Origin: Candidatus Methylomirabilis limnetica
GTDB taxonomy: Bacteria > Methylomirabilota > Methylomirabilia > Methylomirabilales > Methylomirabilaceae
Direction of reading: 5' to 3'
Length of the DNA stretch: 32,000 nucleotides
Assembly (NCBI RefSeq): GCF_003044035.1
Contig: NZ_NVQC01000015.1
Span: 1 to 32,000, forward strand
Both the position numbers and the translations under genes were made by a program. Shown here one piece after another: positions 1 through 7,562 of this stretch. Each line of letters begins with the position of its first letter. Positions within the stretch are counted from its first letter, which is position 1. Below the pieces are notes generated by a model. That model was not told where the DNA came from. It saw nothing but the letters and a program-made list of their open reading frames with translations, and did not search any database.

Positions 1-183
1 AAATAGCCATTGAGAAATCCTCCCGTTTTCTGCAAGGGGTGCAGACCGGATTTTACCAGATGCCACAAGGCTTACAGAGGATTTCATGTTAAATTCACCC
101 ACTCGATTACGCGAAGAGCCATAATTTTTATGGTCGGCGTTCTTATGATTTTCTCATTTTAAATAGTCGCTGTCCCTATTATT

Positions 184-585
184 TCAGCTACCGCGAGCCC
201 GCCGCCGCCGAACGGCTAGCTGGAGCGGTTGGTTTAGGGAGTTTTTTTGCTCGTCGATCAGGTACCCTTCCAATTTATCTTTAAGATCGATAAGTCGCTC
301 GGAAATCCTGCTCCCCGTCTTGTTGTGCATTGTGTACAACGTATTCTGCACGGCGCCCATCAAAACCGTCCCATCTTCCCGCACGCGAGGACCCTTGCGG
401 GTCAAACATTGCTTAATCCACAACCAATCGGGTCGGAGATTGTCGGGAAAGTCCGAGTCTTGGACTACAGCTAACTCAGCGTGAAAGGCATTTAACAACC
501 TTGATCTTACGTCGCCTCTACCCGTCGCAAGAAGCAAAATGGCCAAATCGAGCTTTTTAAGAGCATAGCCAGCGTCACCATTCAT
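184..585 (-). CDS. hypothetical protein, 133 aa, predicted mostly helical
   Basis: The track ORF 184..642 (-) opens with a TTG. I prefer the internal ATG at 585 (MNGDAGYALKK...), which has a GGGGG run 6 nt upstream (rc of 592-596). I recognise no motif. It is co-directional with, and about 200 nt downstream of, the DUF4238 gene. Confidence 0.45.
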   Translation of the reverse strand: MNGDAGYALKKLDLAILLLATGRGDVRSRLLNAFHAELAVVQDSDFPDNLRPDWLWIKQCLTRKGPRVREDGTVLMGAVQNTLYTMHNKTGSRISERLIDLKDKLEGYLIDEQKNSLNQPLQLAVRRRRARGS

Positions 586-845
586 GTTACGCCCCCTAAC
601 GAGTCTGTAGAAAAAGTCCCGACCAACTGAAAAAATATCCAAATTGGGGGCACCGAAATGGTCCCTCGATCCGAGATCGTCACCTACAGGTCAAATGTGG
701 AGGTTGCTTTTCGTGTGGCGCTTTTCATTTTGACTTTTTCTACAGACTCAACGTTCGCGGTGAGCGGCGCGCCACCACGATGCCTGCAAAGCAGAAAGAT
801 GCTACGGGTGCCCACTGCGCGCAAAAGTTAGGGCCTGAATGAGAA

Positions 846-1877
846 CTATCCAGCGCTCGCTTTTGTCGGTTCAACCGGTGGAGTGCTTGGGACAACTCTT
901 TGCGTCGAAACTAGAAGCGTGCCGGTAGGAGTCTTTAGTTCCTGGGTATACGGCGCGATGCGATAATGCCGATTCTTGGCTATGAACGGTTGAACCCACG
1001 GAGAATCGTCGCGATAGAAGACGGTGACTTCGGCGCATCGCACGATCAAACAGTTTAGTTTTGCAAGCTCTTGACGGCTGATGTTGCGCGTGTGGTAGCG
1101 AAACTTCGCGAAAGCAAAGTCTAATCGGCTCCTGTCGAGTGTGCGGTCTGGCATGATCCGAAGCGCAAGATTGGGTGCCAGGGGGACGATACGATTCAAG
1201 ATGTGTGGGTCGTCCGTCTTCTCAATGGCGGCCGGGAAGTCGCTCGTGAAGAACGGGCTATCGTCGAAGTTGTTGTGTAAAATCTGCCATTTGAAATTCC
1301 CGAGGAGGACTGTGAGTTTCAGGATCGAGCTTATGCCGATCGCCTGGGGAAATTTGGGATCGATCACGACCTCGACGGCTCCATTGCGCAGAAGTTCGGT
1401 GAGATTTGTACCGGCTAACACAGGAGGAGGGGGTGGAAACAACCCTTGAGCGTCAAGCATGGTGGTGCGGGTTTCTACCCAGCTCTTGAGTGGTCCAGAT
1501 TGAATGCGCATGCCCGCCGGCGAACAGGTAATGACAAAGGCTACAAAACCGGCAATCGTGTAAATGCACTCGTTGTCGATCTTTCTGTTAATCAGTTTGT
1601 CCAGAGCGGCATTATATTTTGGCTCTATCGTCTTCAAAAATTCCTCAATCGCCCGATCCTCCCACAGATAGGCGTTCGTGCTCCCATCCATAATTTTGCA
1701 GACCGATTCCGAGTCTGGCGTGAAGGCTTTGAGGTCGGTCTTGCGGATCGCATACATGCGATCGCCCAGAACCGGCGAATAGAATTTCCTGAGATGCACC
1801 TGGGAGACATAGTGGTCAAGCAGCATCGTTTTTTCACCAAAGGGGCGAGTGACCTGGATGGGGCTCACCATTCGCAT
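846..1877 (-). CDS. DUF4238 family protein
   Basis: 343-aa ORF. The N-terminal DHYVSQVHLRKF matches the H-Y-[VI]-x-Q-x-x-L-x-x-F opening I associate with Pfam DUF4238. The central WQILHNNFDDSPFFTSDFP matches its 'f.TSD.P' block. The start may be 1877 or the ATG at 1826 (MLLDHYV...). Confidence 0.75.
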   Translation of the reverse strand: MRMVSPIQVTRPFGEKTMLLDHYVSQVHLRKFYSPVLGDRMYAIRKTDLKAFTPDSESVCKIMDGSTNAYLWEDRAIEEFLKTIEPKYNAALDKLINRKIDNECIYTIAGFVAFVITCSPAGMRIQSGPLKSWVETRTTMLDAQGLFPPPPPVLAGTNLTELLRNGAVEVVIDPKFPQAIGISSILKLTVLLGNFKWQILHNNFDDSPFFTSDFPAAIEKTDDPHILNRIVPLAPNLALRIMPDRTLDRSRLDFAFAKFRYHTRNISRQELAKLNCLIVRCAEVTVFYRDDSPWVQPFIAKNRHYRIAPYTQELKTPTGTLLVSTQRVVPSTPPVEPTKASAG

Positions 1878-2010
1878 AGAAAGTAATCATCGGTCCTAAC
1901 GCCTTGGCTCGGGCGCGGCGGGGAAACGCCACGCGGCCGCTGGGGTGAATCGTCTCAACCCCGCCGTCTCCGGGAGCCCGATGTTCGGCCCTGCAACTGT
2001 TCGCATAACC

Positions 2011-2427
2011 TTATCTTCCATGATGAACCCGAATCGCGTGAACTCGATCGGCGAGATCTCGGACGGTGGGATTCGAAGCTGCCTTGAGCGTGGACTCGAC
2101 GATGTTGAAGCAGTGCGAGTACGTGGGAAGTGGGCTGATCACATCGATGATCGCGGAGAGAAGAAGGCCGTAAGCCACTACCGCCAGCGCGGCAACCCAA
2201 CCAAGGGCCCACCACGCTGCCGCGATCGAGATCACGAACAGAAGGCTGGACGTCCAGCCCAGCGCTCCCATCCACCCTGGCGTCAAGAGGAGCATTAAGT
2301 TTTGGTCTACGCTGTCGAGAAGTTCCTGCGAGATTCCTCTCGTAGTGCGTTGAAAGCGAAAAACGTACTGGCTTAGAATGGCGTACGTAGCAAAAAGGCC
2401 GACAGCAACCGTTTCCCCCGCGCTCAT
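2011..2427 (-). CDS. small integral membrane protein (about 3 TM), unknown function
   Basis: 138-aa ORF with an ATG start. Hydrophobic stretches are VAVGLFATYAIL, WMGALGWTSSLLFVISIAAAWWAL and GWVAALAVVAYGLLLSAII. I recognise no domain. It lies 133 nt upstream of the DUF4238 gene on the same strand. Confidence 0.5.
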   Translation of the reverse strand: MSAGETVAVGLFATYAILSQYVFRFQRTTRGISQELLDSVDQNLMLLLTPGWMGALGWTSSLLFVISIAAAWWALGWVAALAVVAYGLLLSAIIDVISPLPTYSHCFNIVESTLKAASNPTVRDLADRVHAIRVHHGR

Positions 2428-2800
2428 GATGCAATCTAAATCATTCTCTCGCCGCCCAACTTGTATATTGATTGTGTATGTAGGAAAACATGGTCAAACC
2501 CAAACAGGACGGGATAGATCGAAACTAATGTGGTCGCAGAGGCCGGTCAATAGCATGGGTCGTCCCATCCTGCCTCCGCAAGAGATCGAACAGTTGCCTG
2601 GGCTATTGAGGGATGGGTCTGCCTATCCTGATTAGGTAAGTAGTTCGGCCAAATCCTAGAACCTTATCCAGCACTTAGCAAGAAATTTCCAACGATCCGG
2701 AACATGGCAAACACTGCAGGAGCGGTCAGCCTATTCCGACTGACCATGGGGACTCTACTCCACCTCCAAGCGGGGATATCACCTTTGGCATCGCGGTGCA

Positions 2801-2853
2801 GATTTCAACCACTAATCTGCCATCCGGGGAGTCCACATTACGGGGGTGTAATC
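2801..2853. repeat. 53-nt direct repeat, copy A (partner at 5354-5405)
   Basis: gatttcaaccactaatctgccatccggggagtccacattacgggggtgtaatc compared with gattacaaccacgaatctgccatcctgggagtccacaggagggggtgtgacc gives 45/53 identical by hand count, in the same orientation. It lies in a 735-nt tract with no convincing ORF. Confidence 0.7.
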
Positions 2854-3162
2854 TACACCGCACTCGGCGGCAGGCGCGGGGTTCCAGCGAGCACCACTCA
2901 CCTACACTCTGGCGCCTCACGCCCGGCTTCCAGGGAGCCTACAGATGATCGCTTCGCGCAGGCGCACCGAACTCAACGGGATCCTGGCCTTCATCCCTGA
3001 CGGGGCGACGATCCGAATCACATGCCCATCGGTTTCTTGCCGCCTAAGTGGATAGCCCGTATTAAGGCTCCATTTGTCATGCCGTCGCCTACCCTAGCGG
3101 ACGCGACCCGTGTGCAACCGTATGTCCCCCCGTATACGGAAGTCTGACCCTGGCAGCTTCCA

Positions 3163-3765
3163 CTATGTCTGCTTTGTCCCGCCAGAGGCCAACGCTAAAG
3201 GAAACTTTAGAGCCTTACCCCTAAACAGAGTGTCATCGCCATTGCGCTTTGCAGGGATTCTTGCGTGAAGATATTCAATGAACTCCTCGGTATCTTTTAA
3301 CGCCCGGTCAGCGTTCTTGCGATTCACCATGTTGTAGATCTGTAGGTCGTGAAACATATCTGGTTCCTTGCCTTTTTCCACGTCCATTTCAAACGCGTAT
3401 GTATCCGGCTTTCCGTGCGCTAGAAAATCCCTCAGCCTGCCGAGGTCTCGTATAGTTTGATAGGGCCTCTTACCACGATCGACTTCAATTCCAATCTTTT
3501 CGCATATCCTCTGAAGCTTGCCCTGAGTTCCTCTGTATGGGGGCTTACTGAAGAAATCTCTTTCGTTTTTCCATGCCTCCGCATCGATCCGCGGGCCAAC
3601 AAGATTCAAGTAAGCCTCGTAGGCAAAGTAAGCCAATAACATTCCCGCCATCGCAAAATACCCATCGGTAGGCGATTTGGTTTCCGTTTGGGACAATAAA
3701 GCTTCGGCGCAATTCCAAAGATACTGATGAGTGAAGCCTTGTCCCGCAATCTCATGGATTGCCAT
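3163..3765 (-). CDS. HEPN-like protein (R-x4-H motif), stand-alone
   Basis: 200-aa ORF. The motif R112-D-F-L-A-H117-G (codons verified at 3415-3432) fits the HEPN R[ND]xxxH(G) signature. The protein looks helical. The ORF is AT-richer than the core genes. Confidence 0.5.
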   Translation of the reverse strand: MAIHEIAGQGFTHQYLWNCAEALLSQTETKSPTDGYFAMAGMLLAYFAYEAYLNLVGPRIDAEAWKNERDFFSKPPYRGTQGKLQRICEKIGIEVDRGKRPYQTIRDLGRLRDFLAHGKPDTYAFEMDVEKGKEPDMFHDLQIYNMVNRKNADRALKDTEEFIEYLHARIPAKRNGDDTLFRGKALKFPLALASGGTKQT

Positions 3766-4023
3766 CGCAAATCACGCATCGTTAAAGTCGGCTATACCGA
3801 TGTTAGTCAAATTAATAAGTGGCGAGAATAATACCACTCTGCAGGCAATTTCGCCAGGGCGCAAAAGATGTGGGAGATGGCTGAGTTACCTGGCGCCTGA
3901 GCCTTCTGCATTGGGGTCATCCGGTCCCCTTTCTCTGGCCTCCGGATTTTCGCGGGCCAAACTAGGCGTCCAACGCTGACTTAAAGTGTAGCCCTACGCG
4001 CGTCTAAAGCAAGAAGATTCTTA

Positions 4024-4053
4024 TTGACGAATTTGTTGCCTTGGTGGGAGAAT
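4024..4053 (+). promoter_or_regulatory. possible sigma70-type promoter for 4116..5009
   Basis: TTGACG (4024-4029), an 18-nt spacer, then GAGAAT (4048-4053), about 60 nt upstream of the ATG. This is a sequence match only. Confidence 0.2.
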
Positions 4054-4115
4054 CCAGCTCGCGCGGGTAGGGGGGCGAATGTGGATTCGCTAGCGCTCAA
4101 AAAGGGATTTTAAAA

Positions 4116-5009
4116 ATGATTGAAACTATTCTAATCCCGGTCTTGTTATCAGCGGTAGTTGCTTTCCTTGTTTCTAGGCAATCGTCCAAGCAGACGCTGG
4201 AACCCAATGCGCAGAAAGTGATCACGACCGAAAACCTAATAATCACCGACGGAGATGCAACGCCTCGGATGTTATTCCGTAGCGGTCCGGATGGGCCTGT
4301 GGCAATTCTAAACGATGAGAACGGAGAAAATCGGCTGGTATTTGGAGTAAATGACAGCACAGGCCCAACTATTTCGATGTATGATGCGAAGGGAACTCTA
4401 CAGGCGCAAATGAGCCAGCAGGAAGCAGGTTACAAGTTCACCCTGCACGATGCGGAAGGGAAACTACGAGGAGTATTCGGCGTTCATGCAGGGGGGACCT
4501 CACTACAGTTCGCTGGACCCGACGGTAAGCTGAGAACGCTAATAGGCATGGATCAAGGAACCTCTGGTTTGAAAGTTTTCAATGAGAAGGGGGATCTACG
4601 AGCAGAGCTAGGGTATGATGCTAAGTTCGGGGATTTGAACGGCGCTTTCTTGTCCATGTTTGATGGCGATCAAAAACCACGGCTGGAGATGAATGTTGGT
4701 ATAACGGGGCCTACCATCCAACTATCCGATGAAGATGGTAAAATTGCAGCCGGTTTAAAGGTGGTGAAAACCGTGCCTGTGTTCGCTCTTTTTGATTCTG
4801 AGAACCGCCCTGATCCTGCAATTGGAGCATTAGCTTTTGCGGCCGTAAGCAAAGCTGTAAGGGAGGGAAGAGATCAATCAGAGGTTAACACCATCTTCCA
4901 GCAAACAGTAAAAGAGCACAGCGAAGAACATAAACCTGACAAATCAGTTTTCATCATTCCTGGCCTAGTTTGGTCGGGACAGAAAACAGGAGAACAGGGT
5001 TCGGCTTGA
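4116..5009 (+). CDS. membrane-anchored tandem-repeat protein (about nine 22-aa h-x-D-x-x-G-K-x-R-x-x-h-G units)
   Basis: 297-aa ORF. The N-terminal TM segment is MIETILIPVLLSAVVAFLV. It is followed by repeats: ITDGDATPRMLF, LNDENGENRLVFG, MYDAKGTLQAQM, LHDAEGKLRGVFG, FAGPDGKLRTLIG, FNEKGDLRAELG, FDGDQKPRLEMN, LSDEDGKIAAGL and FDSENRPDPAIG (about 4230-4829). The C-terminal tail is charged. Confidence 0.7.
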   Translation: MIETILIPVLLSAVVAFLVSRQSSKQTLEPNAQKVITTENLIITDGDATPRMLFRSGPDGPVAILNDENGENRLVFGVNDSTGPTISMYDAKGTLQAQMSQQEAGYKFTLHDAEGKLRGVFGVHAGGTSLQFAGPDGKLRTLIGMDQGTSGLKVFNEKGDLRAELGYDAKFGDLNGAFLSMFDGDQKPRLEMNVGITGPTIQLSDEDGKIAAGLKVVKTVPVFALFDSENRPDPAIGALAFAAVSKAVREGRDQSEVNTIFQQTVKEHSEEHKPDKSVFIIPGLVWSGQKTGEQGSA

Positions 5010-5068
5010 ATAGATGAATGAGCCCCGCTCGACCCGGTAGTCTTCAAAAACCCCAAAAAGGCTTCACT

Positions 5069-5117
5069 CCCGCAGCGTGGGTTAAGGAGCAAAGCAACGA
5101 ACCCACCGCTTTGCGGG
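5069..5117 (+). terminator. imperfect hairpin downstream of 4116..5009 (possible terminator)
   Basis: cccgcagcgtgggtt (5069-5083) pairs with aacccaccgctttgcggg (5100-5117), giving about 15 bp with two bulges. There is no clear U-tract afterwards, so the function is uncertain. Confidence 0.2.
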
Positions 5118-5353
5118 TGCATTCCTTTCGCCGAACTTCGTCCTTGCATTCCAGCGATGCGCCAACTTAGGACGGGTGTCAGATGCTATGAAAGAGGCAG
5201 CGAGCGCTTACCTCATATAAGCGTCCGCGGTCCTTCGGCAGCCCCGACAAGCCAAACCTATATTCGGAGGCGGCAAACTATCGTATCCTCATGTTCGCTG
5301 TCAAGCAATTCTTGCATGTATGTTTTAGCCATATCGGTGAGGACACAAGTTTA

Positions 5354-5405
5354 GATTACAACCACGAATCTGCCATCCTGGGAGTCCACAGGAGGGGGTG
5401 TGACC
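5354..5405. repeat. 53-nt direct repeat, copy B (partner at 2801-2853)
   Basis: See copy A. It lies in the 520-nt gap between convergent genes 4116..5009 (+) and 5532..5924 (-). Weaker similarity continues downstream (gcttccagggagcctacag in A against gcttccctcggagcccagcag in B). Confidence 0.7.
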
Positions 5406-5531
5406 GAAGAGGCCGGATGTAGCAGAGGACGGCAGCGCACAATAGGAGATGCCAGCCGAGGAACAGGAGGGTCGCGAGGCACCCATGATTCGGAGGGCTC
5501 GCCGGTCCCCGCTTCCCTCGGAGCCCAGCAG

Positions 5532-5924
5532 CTAGTACGCTCGGCTCCGCCTGGGGGCTGGCCCTGGCGTGGTCGGCGCTGCCGCGCCCTGCACAGTCAC
5601 CGTCGCGATGGCCTCAGGTCCGATCTCCTGGTGGCGCGCATTCGCCGCGACGATCCTGACAATGTGCGGCCCGTTCGAAAGGCCCGTGAGTTCCATCGAG
5701 GTCCCAAACGGTGGCCCCGGGTTGGCCCCGTCCAGGTAGAGATGGATGTGGGTGACCTCCCCCGCCGGCTTGAACTCCCACTGGATCACCATGCGGGAAC
5801 CTATGGCGTCCCCATCCTTCGGCGACACGAGCGTGACCGTGGTCTGCTGCGCCCAGCCGACAGAGAGCCCCGCGACGCACACCACCACGAATCCCGTCAT
5901 CATCGACGTCATCGACTTGCCCAT
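5532..5924 (-). CDS. small secreted beta-rich protein (Ig-like/DUF4399-like periplasmic domain, tentative)
   Basis: The track ORF is 5532..6149 (-). I place the start at the ATG at 5924, which is preceded by GGAAGGAGA. The signal-peptide-like N-terminus is MGKSMTSMMTGFVVVCVAGLSVGWAQQ. The mature part reads VTLVSPKDGD...THIHLYLDG...GPHIVRIVAANARHQEIG. Confidence 0.6.
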   Translation of the reverse strand: MGKSMTSMMTGFVVVCVAGLSVGWAQQTTVTLVSPKDGDAIGSRMVIQWEFKPAGEVTHIHLYLDGANPGPPFGTSMELTGLSNGPHIVRIVAANARHQEIGPEAIATVTVQGAAAPTTPGPAPRRSRAY

Positions 5925-6240
5925 GTGATCTCTCCTTCCGCAATATCCTCGCACGCGACCGTGGTGCACTCTATAACGTCTTCCCGGGGTTCTCAAGCCT
6001 TTTTCAGGGGCCACACTGACCAGGATGGCCGTGTCGATTTCAACTACGCATCTGCACAAGCATCGGAATGCCTGACCAAGTTCAATCGGAACAGGTGGCC
6101 GGTTTGCGAGCGGAATGGGTGGTTTTGCGGAGCTTTTCGGTAAGGGCACGCAACGCCGGCTTCCAGCGTTCGGAAGTATCTTGCCGAAGGGGATTGGGTA
6201 TATTCGCTACCCCAAGTCCAGCTAAAGACCTCTATTGTCG

Positions 6241-6330
6241 TTAGTCTGCGGCAGTCCTGCCGATGATCGCGCGATCGGGATCGATCTCCTCTCGCAGGAT
6301 GCGAAGCTCCTCAGGGGTCGGCTCGACCCT
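6241..6330 (-). pseudogene. orphan duplicated 3' fragment of the CoA-transferase subunit B gene
   Basis: The minus-strand reading is RVEPTPEELRILREEIDPDRAIIGRTAAD*. The true C-terminus of 7563..8357 is RVEELSPPTPEELRILREEIDPDRAIIGAAGE*. At DNA level, 6260-6321 against 7579-7640 gives 58/62 identical by hand count. No upstream part of the gene is present. Confidence 0.7.
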
Positions 6331-6356
6331 GTTGCTCGCAGACCGTCTGGCAAGGT

Positions 6357-6617
6357 TTACATCTTGGGACGCGGCGCGGGAACTCCGTAAAGCATTCCCT
6401 CAACACTGAGATCTTCGTCGACGTCCGGCCAGTGGACTCCATACCCATCGCCGATAATCTCAAAGTTGTTTCTTTGGGCTGGCGTGGCTTCACTCAACCG
6501 CCAGGACCACGCCAGTGGAACACTCACAACACGTCCGTCCACAAGGCTGAAAGTGATCACTTCCTCGGTCACCGACACTTCCTTGACCCGAGTATCGGTG
6601 CTAACCGCAATGCTCAC
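6357..6617 (-). CDS. DUF2442 family protein
   Basis: GTG start at 6617, preceded by AGGAGG. The segment VSVPLAWSWRLSEATPAQRNNFEIIGDGYGVHWPDVDEDLSVEGML is the typical DUF2442 pattern. It overlaps the stop of the upstream DUF4160-like ORF. Confidence 0.75.
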   Translation of the reverse strand: MSIAVSTDTRVKEVSVTEEVITFSLVDGRVVSVPLAWSWRLSEATPAQRNNFEIIGDGYGVHWPDVDEDLSVEGMLYGVPAPRPKM

Positions 6618-6813
6618 GCCACGCCTCCTGAATCTTTTGCAGGTTTGCCTTAATGACAGTTCGAATCTGGTTAAGCTCTTGGGCGGAGAAGCCATGATTC
6701 TGGACGCGCGCAAGAGGCACAATCCGGAACGCCGATGGCGCGGCGCGAAGCGTCCGCGCCATCGCTCGCACTAAGCAGCCAAACCGTCCGTCGAACAAGC
6801 CCGCACTGCACAT
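6601..6813 (-). CDS. DUF4160-like protein, divergent or partly degraded
   Basis: The C-terminal PLARVQNHGFSAQELNQIRTVIKANLQKIQEAWREHCG resembles the DUF4160 C-terminus (..GFs..EL.eI...v.e......eaW.e.fg), the usual partner of DUF2442. The N-terminal half lacks the conserved PPH.H block, and a 32-nt palindromic repeat unit sits inside it. Confidence 0.4.
   Translation of the reverse strand: MCSAGLFDGRFGCLVRAMARTLRAAPSAFRIVPLARVQNHGFSAQELNQIRTVIKANLQKIQEAWREHCG
6733..6764. repeat. 32-nt palindromic unit (second copy at 16565-16595)
   Basis: cgatggcgcggcgcgaagcgtccgcgccatcg compared with cgatggcgcggcgcgaagcgtttgcgccatc gives 29/31 identical. The 9-bp stem is gatggcgcg/cgcgccatc. Confidence 0.6.
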
Positions 6814-6857
6814 CAGCGGCCTCGTCTGCTTCAGTGCGCTGTTGGACAGGCGTTTTC

Positions 6858-7211
6858 TCAGGCCACCCCTCGTATGCGAACCGCACCAGGCGTGATCACT
6901 GTGAAGGCACCCGGAATCTCAGCAGCGCGCTCTCGAAGCACCGCGAGAACATGGTCGCATTTTGCGTCAATGGAGAGACCCGTCAGGCGTAACAGAATCA
7001 CGCCGGCATGAACGCGACGCATTCGGTAGACGAGTTCGCCGAAGTCCTTGTCGGACGTCACGACTATCGCGTGACGCTCATTGGCGTATTGCAAGAGATG
7101 GTCATCAGAGCTAGCCGGAGCAGACTCGGCCGCATAGTACACCTCATGCCCACCTGCCCGAAGACGGTCGACGATCTGGCGATCGACGCCCTCGTCCGCG
7201 AGGAAATTCAT
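6858..7211 (-). CDS. DUF5615 (Mut7-C/PIN-like) putative toxin
   Basis: MNFLADEGVDRQIVDRLRAGGHEVYY...IVVTSDKDFGELV...GVILLRL is the classic DUF5615 pattern. There is a 4-nt overlap with the upstream DUF433 gene. Confidence 0.8.
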   Translation of the reverse strand: MNFLADEGVDRQIVDRLRAGGHEVYYAAESAPASSDDHLLQYANERHAIVVTSDKDFGELVYRMRRVHAGVILLRLTGLSIDAKCDHVLAVLRERAAEIPGAFTVITPGAVRIRGVA

Positions 7212-7444
7212 GCAGCCTTATCAGGAATGGGATAGACAACGTCCGCACGAAGCGCTCGCGCCGCAAAATCCAGAGCGGCCAGAATACCCTCACGGGTCAA
7301 GCGAGGATGGGCTGCGAGCAACTGCTCGACCGTCTCACCAGCCGCGAGTTTCTCGAGAATCAGCTCAACGGTAATGCGCGTTCCCGCGACGACCGGTTTA
7401 CCCATCATGATCGCCGGGTTGGACTCGATACGGATAGCCGCCAT
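7208..7444 (-). CDS. DUF433 putative antitoxin
   Basis: IESNPAIMMGKPVVAGTRITVELILEKLAAGETVEQLLAAHPRLTREGILAALDFA is the typical DUF433 signature. It forms an operon with DUF5615. Confidence 0.85.
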   Translation of the reverse strand: MAAIRIESNPAIMMGKPVVAGTRITVELILEKLAAGETVEQLLAAHPRLTREGILAALDFAARALRADVVYPIPDKAA

Positions 7445-7562
7445 GTCTCACCTCAATCTGAGTAACAGCCCACAGTATGTCCCGACCCTGGATTTGGATA
7501 ATCATAGCACGCAAGCGCTAATTTCTAAGAGTGCTGCCGTCTTCACGGGGACCCTCCTTCCG

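Noticed and set aside
2700-2967. Group II intron 5' fragment on the minus strand (GTGCGCC at 2967, structured GC-rich sequence)
   Set aside because: I could find no reverse-transcriptase ORF, no recognisable domain V (AGC triad with a GNRA loop) and no 3' end. The GTGCG match alone is weak. It is kept only as one possible reading of the 53-nt repeat finding.
3118-3142. Hairpin ccgtat-N10-atacgg just downstream of the HEPN-like gene, as a terminator
   Set aside because: It has only a 6-bp stem with a 10-nt loop and no U-tract, so it is not convincing as an intrinsic terminator.
2428-3162. tmRNA, RNase P RNA or tRNA in the long non-coding tract
   Set aside because: There is no GGTTCGA-type T-arm, no tag-peptide frame and no GGAAAGTCCGGGC-type RNase P core. 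I saw nothing tRNA-like anywhere in the window.
5400-6143. 247-aa ORF on the plus strand
   Set aside because: It is Arg/Gly/Pro-rich and low in complexity, typical of an antisense frame in GC-rich DNA. It overlaps the minus-strand gene 5532..5924, which has a strong RBS and signal peptide. I recognise no motif.
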